Shown one piece after another: positions 48,090 to 50,867 of a DNA stretch of 50,867 nucleotides. The stretch covers positions 1 to 50,867 of the forward strand of contig JACVIY010000002.1 of the NCBI GenBank assembly GCA_015711755.1. The letters are read 5' to 3'. The DNA is from Candidatus Geothermincola secundus. Its GTDB lineage: Bacteria; Actinomycetota; Geothermincolia; Geothermincolales; Geothermincolaceae. The translations under genes and the position numbers were made by a program. Each line of letters opens with the position of its first letter. Position 1 is the first letter of the stretch. The notes below the pieces were generated by a model. The model made no database searches. It was not told the DNA's origin and was given only the letters and a program-made list of their open reading frames with translations.

Positions 48090-49545
48090 CGCCCGGATTT
48101 TCAAGATAAATTCTTAGTGCCTCACCTCATAGACCCTCCCCTCCTTCTGCATGCTCCAGATCACCCTCACCAGATGCCTTCCCAGGGACCGCACCGCCTG
48201 GTTGTGCCCCCTGCCCTCGGAGCGCTTGCGCTGGTAGTAGGAGCCGGAACGGCTGACCATGCGGGAGTTATGCCAGGAGGCGGCCATCATGGTCACCTTG
48301 GCCCTCTTGTTCACCTGGCGGGGGACTCTGGTGCCCCGCCAGGACCCGGACTGATGGTCCAGGGGACACATGCCCAGAAAAATGGCCAGGGAGGCCTCAC
48401 CGGAAAAGCGGGAGAAGCTCCCCATCTCCCCGGCCAGCTCGCACGCCAAGATAAAGGAGAACCCGGGGATGGCGGAGAGCAGGCTGGTCTCGGCGAATCG
48501 CGGCAGCAGCTCGCCCCTCCTGGCCTCGAGAAGGGAGATCTCCTCCTTGAGCTTAAGCAGGCGGGCGGCATCGGAGGAGACCATGGGGCCAACGCAGGAC
48601 ACCTCCTCGGAGAAGGTGGCGCCCCTCTGCCAGGAGCGGATGGCCCCGCAGTAGGTCTTGCCCACCCCCGGGGATCTTCAGGATGCTCTCGGGGCGCATG
48701 CGGCCAGGGAGGAAAGATCGGGGCGGGAGCAGAGGAAGCGCAGGTTCTCCACCGATCCGGTGATGCGCGGCAACTCTGGACATAACGAGCGCAGGTCACA
48801 GGTCAGGCGGCAGGCCACCCTGACCTTCTCCCGCACCAGCTCTCTGCGGCGGCGGGTGAGCCTCTTGAGCTGCCGGTTGGACCTGGGGCACCTCCACCAC
48901 CGGGGCCAGCACTCCCCGGGCGGCGGGGTGCTTTCCCTTGAGGGCCAGAAGGGTGGAGATGAGCCAGGCGTCCCGGCGGTCGCTCTTGGCCGGAGCGGAG
49001 AAGATCTCCCGGAAGCGGGCCATCTTGAGGTTGTTCACGTTGAAAAGGGCCCGGCCCCGGGAGAGGATGCGGCCGTCCAGGGGGCGGGCGTGTCCCCCGT
49101 ATCCCTCCAATGGCCACGGCCACCGGACCTCCTTTGCGGTGATGCTCCACCCGGCGGAAGAAGTGCCGGAAGCCCTCCTCGTCGTGGGGTATGGCGAATT
49201 CCTCCAGGATCTGCCCCTCGGGTGAGGCGATGCAGACCTGGTGGGAGATCGCCCCCCATATCGATGCCCACACAAAGTGAGGATCGCAAAGGCCGCCTCC
49301 TTCTCTCTTTTGGGGGAAAGGGGGAGTTACGCCCGTCAGTTCACGTCTACCGTCAGAGCCGCTTGAGGCATCATCTCGTCTGACCCATGCGGGCATATGA
49401 GGGGGCGGGGGCGGCGATTCAGCCCGGGCGGCATCAGCCTTAAGAGGCAGATCTACTGACCTCGGAAGCCACACCCCCGCCATATCTTGAGTCTGCCCTT
49501 CCACCCCTATCTCAACAACAGCATGATTCTACTCCGGAAGGGATG
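48090..49545 (-). mobile_element. Degenerate IS110-family element including an upstream non-coding region (ends approximate)
   Basis: Transposase remnants plus about 250 bp non-coding leader; no terminal inverted repeats seen, as expected for the IS110 group. Confidence 0.65.
48114..49289 (-). pseudogene. IS110-family transposase/recombinase, at least 5 frameshifts
   Basis: DEDD pieces across frames (VGIDMG, EGYGG, AKSDRRDA), RQLKRLTRRR, LSAIPGF, GMCPLDHQSG, YYQRKRSEG. Confidence 0.88.
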
Positions 49546-49661
49546 GTCCCTGGAAACACCAAGCCTCAGGGAGTCATCCTTCAGGACAATCCCTTCAATG
49601 CCGGATCCGGGCAAAATTAGATGGTAGACCCGCTGAACCGCGTGAGTATCCACTGGGCAGG

Positions 49662-49763
49662 GGGGTCAGGCCTCTTTGTCGTTCTGGGTGCCTTTGCATG
49701 CGCATCTCCAGGGCAGTGCTGAAAAAAGTTGAAGGTTTGGGCCTGGCCCCAAGTTGAAGGTTT
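49662..49763. repeat. REPIN/MITE-like dispersed intergenic element, copy 2
   Basis: GGGGTCAGGCCTCTT...AAAAGTTGAAGGTTTGGGCCTGGCCCCAAGTTGAAGGTTT. Confidence 0.75.
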
Positions 49764-49844
49764 TTGGAAAAATGTGCAATGTGAAGGGCTGATCCCATGT
49801 GGTAGACTTTTCGGCAAGACATCGGGCCGCGCAAAGGAGGAGAG

Positions 49845-50489
49845 ATGAACGGTGGGCGGATGAAGAGGGGGTTGTCATTGTCAAGCTTCCTGGGGATGGC
49901 CCTTACGGTTTTGATCCTCCTGGGAGCTGCGGGATGCGGAGGGAAGGGGGCCGACCAAGCCAAGCAGGCCTTCGTCGACGGGATCATCAGCATCCTGGAG
50001 GACAATCAGTCCCACCCGGAGATAATGGAGGAGGGACAGAAAGCTTTCATCGCCTACTATCAGTCCGGCTTCGGCGACCTGGAGAAAGCGGCGGCGGCGG
50101 CGGAATCCTTCGAGAAGAGCAACGAGAAGGACGCGGGGACCCTGCGCGAGCTGGGCGAGCTGGAGAAGCCGGATGACCGAGCTTCGGCCATAGCAGCCGG
50201 ACTGGAAGAGGGCATAAGGACCATGGATGAAGGGAACTCCCGCTACGCGGAGGAGCTGCGCCGGGCTGCGGGGCAGAGCCAGGAGCAGCGGGCGGGCATA
50301 AACGAGGCGGGCAAAGCGATCATGGAGCGGCACTACCTGCCCGGTCTCGACGCCATCATCTCCGCCCTGGACGGTCTGTCCGGTTACGTGAGGGATCACG
50401 GGCTGCAGGGCGAAAAGCGGCTGCAGGAGATGCTGGACAAGTTCAGGCAGGAGCGGCGCGAGACGGAGATGAGCCTGAAATACATGTAG
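49845..50489 (+). CDS. Putative lipoprotein
   Basis: Signal peptide ending LLGAAG-C; helical body; AAAGGAGG RBS. Confidence 0.75.
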   Translation: MNGGRMKRGLSLSSFLGMALTVLILLGAAGCGGKGADQAKQAFVDGIISILEDNQSHPEIMEEGQKAFIAYYQSGFGDLEKAAAAAESFEKSNEKDAGTLRELGELEKPDDRASAIAAGLEEGIRTMDEGNSRYAEELRRAAGQSQEQRAGINEAGKAIMERHYLPGLDAIISALDGLSGYVRDHGLQGEKRLQEMLDKFRQERRETEMSLKYM

Positions 50490-50561
50490 CGGTGGGGGCC
50501 TAGGATAAACGGCACGACCATCTCAAGAGACCGCGGGCTCTTTCGGGTTCTCGCTATTTTC

Positions 50562-50867
50562 ATGAGCAGGCCTATTCGCAAAGCTCTTTTGCTAGCCCTC
50601 CTCCTGCCTTTGTCCGCGGCGACCCTCGGCCGGGGCTTATCCGCGGAATCCCGGCCCCTAACGGCGGGCGCCTGTACGGGGTCGGCGTTTAAGCGGGCTC
50701 ACAGGGACCTTAACCGCGACGCGACCCGAGTAACTTCCGTTCTTTATGCTGCGGCCACATCGGGGCAAGGCCGCTCCTTCGCCCACGACTCCGCGGGGGT
50801 GACTTCCCCCTCCACCCTGTGGTATCTGGCGGAGGGATGCACCGAGGGCGGCTTCGAGACCTGGGTG
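50562..50867 (+). CDS. Secreted/surface repeat protein, N-terminal part (DUF5719-like)
   Basis: Not in ORF track. MSRPIRKALLLALLLPLSAA signal peptide ... AHDSAGVTSPSTLWYLAEGCTEGGFETWV, open to the window end. Confidence 0.7.
   Translation, partial: MSRPIRKALLLALLLPLSAATLGRGLSAESRPLTAGACTGSAFKRAHRDLNRDATRVTSVLYAAATSGQGRSFAHDSAGVTSPSTLWYLAEGCTEGGFETWV

Noticed and set aside
37490-50867. Integrative element at tRNA-Lys
   Set aside because: No integrase, and no duplicated tRNA 3' end seen within the window

Overview
High-GC bacterial chromosome segment from an anaerobe. A WYLAEGCT-GGFETW surface-protein motif at the right edge suggests an uncultured Actinomycetota lineage such as Ca. Geothermincolia (inference). 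The left end carries the conserved smc-ftsY-ffh-rpsP-khpA-rimM-trmD cluster, followed by ABC exporters, a ROK kinase, arsM preceded by an AbrB-fold Cys-rich HgcC-like gene, and an orphan glycyl-radical enzyme. The centre (about 20.4-36.3 kb) holds the main feature, a fumarate-addition (alkylsuccinate synthase, Ass/Mas-like) locus. It encodes an AssA-type glycyl-radical subunit, a beta-like subunit, a 54-aa gamma-like subunit absent from the ORF track, three MasE-like paralogues, two activating enzymes and an MmgE/PrpD protein. A divergent operon encodes a B12 mutase, an acyl-CoA ligase and a crotonase, and both promoter regions share a TGAACA-N14-TGTTCA palindrome. An HD/MoxR/VWA trio lies downstream. 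The right part has desulfoferrodoxin, tRNA-Lys(UUU), accessory genes, a multiply frameshifted IS110 with a long upstream non-coding region, and the second copy of a REPIN-like repeat. All family assignments come from motif recognition; no database search was run.
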